Origin: Proteromonas lacertae | Taxonomy: Eukaryota | Assembly: GCA_002245135.1 (NCBI GenBank) | Contig: NGBS01000872.1 | Span: 1 to 64,000, forward strand | Length of the DNA: 64,000 nt | Direction: 5' to 3' | Part shown: piece after piece, positions 62,709 to 64,000 of the stretch | Layout: every line of letters starts with the position of its first letter | Position numbering within the stretch: the stretch's first letter is position 1 | Made by a program: the position numbers and the translations under genes | Notes under the pieces: model-generated | Databases searched by the model: none | The model's input: only the letters and a program-made list of their open reading frames with translations | What the model was told of the DNA's origin: nothing

Positions 62709-64000
62709 ATGTCTGAAAAGAAAGAATGTGCTGAGCTAAAAATATCACCACCAGTGGAATTGTTTGAAGCTACTAAATTCACTTCTCATACAGCAACACC
62801 AGCGGTAACTCCTAGATCAGAATCTTGCTCTTTCGATGAAGACTCTAGTATATTCAATTTTTGTAATATTTCTAGTGTTTATAACCAACAGACTTCATGT
62901 TTTTTCGCATTCACCTACATGCATCGTCATGTGTGGACTTCCTGTATGTAAAATTTCACCATTTATACATTCTATAGGCACGAGGTAAGAGTTATATTGT
63001 ACGAATGTTGAAGGGCTATCTAAATTGGCAAGGATTTGATTGTAGGATTTTTAATGTGGGTAGCTATCGTCGAAAAGTATTTATAACAATAAGATTATTC
63101 ATCAAATAGATATCAGGAGTACAAGATGCATCATTTTTTGATTTTAGCAATTCCAAAGCAAATACTCTGAGAAATCAAGCAGCAGCACATGCATTTAGAG
63201 ATGTGAAACAATTCCTATTAGGAGTGCATGAATCAGATAAGAATCTACGAGTAGCAATATTTGATGCAACTAATACAACTAGAGAAAGAAGAAGATATTT
63301 AATGGATTGTGTAAAAAATACAAATATAGAAATGATATTTATTGAGAGTATTTGTACTGATAAAGCAATATTAGAATCAAATTACAACATGAAATTACAG
63401 TCACCTGATTATAAAGATATGGATCCAGTGAAAGCGAAGAGAAGATTTTGAAAAGAGAGTAGCAGAATATGAAAAAATATATGAAACTCTAGATGATGAA
63501 CATGAAGGTGATTTATCATACATAAAACTGTTTGATGTTGGTTTGCATATGGAGTTGAATAAAATGCACGGTTATTGCGCAATGGAAATAGTCACTTACT
63601 TAGGTAATATTCATATTAAACCAAGACAAATATTCTTAATGCGACATGGTGAATCATTGAATGATGTTCAAGGAATACTAAGTGGTGATTGTAAATTAAC
63701 TCAAACTGGTAGAGTATTTGCAGCTCAAGCTAGAGATTTTTTGAAAGATAATACTGATCCAACTAAACCACTGCTAGTGTTTTCTAGTACATTAAAAGCA
63801 GCTACTTGTACAATGGAAAGGTTAAGAGTATTAAGAAATACTCAGTTAATTACAACTCACGTATTAGATGAATTAGGAGGAGGTATATGTCAAGGAATGA
63901 CATATAATGAAATAAAAGAGAAATTTAAAGATGAATATAAAGACAGGAATGAAAACAAATTGATATTTAGATATCCTGGTGCTGGTGGTGAATCTTATTT
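62709..64000 (+). CDS. PFKFB: 6-phosphofructo-2-kinase/fructose-2,6-bisphosphatase (3' partial)
   Basis: CGLPARGKS, FNVGSYRR, FDATNTTRERR, RHGES and FRYPG.GGESY. Confidence 0.92.

Noticed and set aside
61200..63460. Programmed frameshifting in CLPTM1 and PFKFB
   Set aside because: Isolated 1-nt insertions in conserved genes with no slippery site or structure; probably consensus errors.
1..64000. Alternative genetic code, or stop codons created by polyadenylation
   Set aside because: Conserved genes I traced end in genomic TAA/TAG/TGA, and ORF breaks are explained by introns or indels; only the GT31 pseudogene has in-frame stops.
1..64000. Transposase, CRISPR array, rRNA or tRNA
   Set aside because: No recognisable motifs, spaced direct repeats or cloverleafs were seen.

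Overview
Very AT-rich, gene-dense eukaryotic DNA with abundant ~22-50 nt spliceosomal introns. The tiny introns, a stramenopile-type EGF protein and the gene set suggest a Blastocystis-like stramenopile gut protist (inference). Bases 1-22901 form a large inverted duplication: arms 1-7290 and 15615-22901 around an 8.3 kb unique spacer. It contains a dense, mostly intronless island of type-II membrane glycan-modifying genes (fucosyltransferase-like, GT31, GT92, FkbM methyltransferases, DUF268, DUF1647, other DxD proteins) plus UDP-sugar pyrophosphorylase, with abutting or overlapping start/stop codons and several pseudogenes. The rest holds intron-rich housekeeping genes: HIRIP3-like, cyclin, NCAPD2, RSPH1-like, LRRC34, KIFBP, GPN2, UBE2T, PPIL1, CHID1, RAD23, NSRP1, EIF1AD, CLPTM1 and PFKFB. 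It also holds two divergent Hsp70/110-like genes that share a near-identical 1.33 kb nucleotide-binding-domain region in inverted orientation. Other signals: two U12-type introns (AT-AC in cyclin, apparent AT-AA in CHID1), three non-coding regions rich in long stems, and cilium-associated genes. Scattered single-base frameshifts are probably sequencing errors. All family calls are from motif recognition; no database searches were run.
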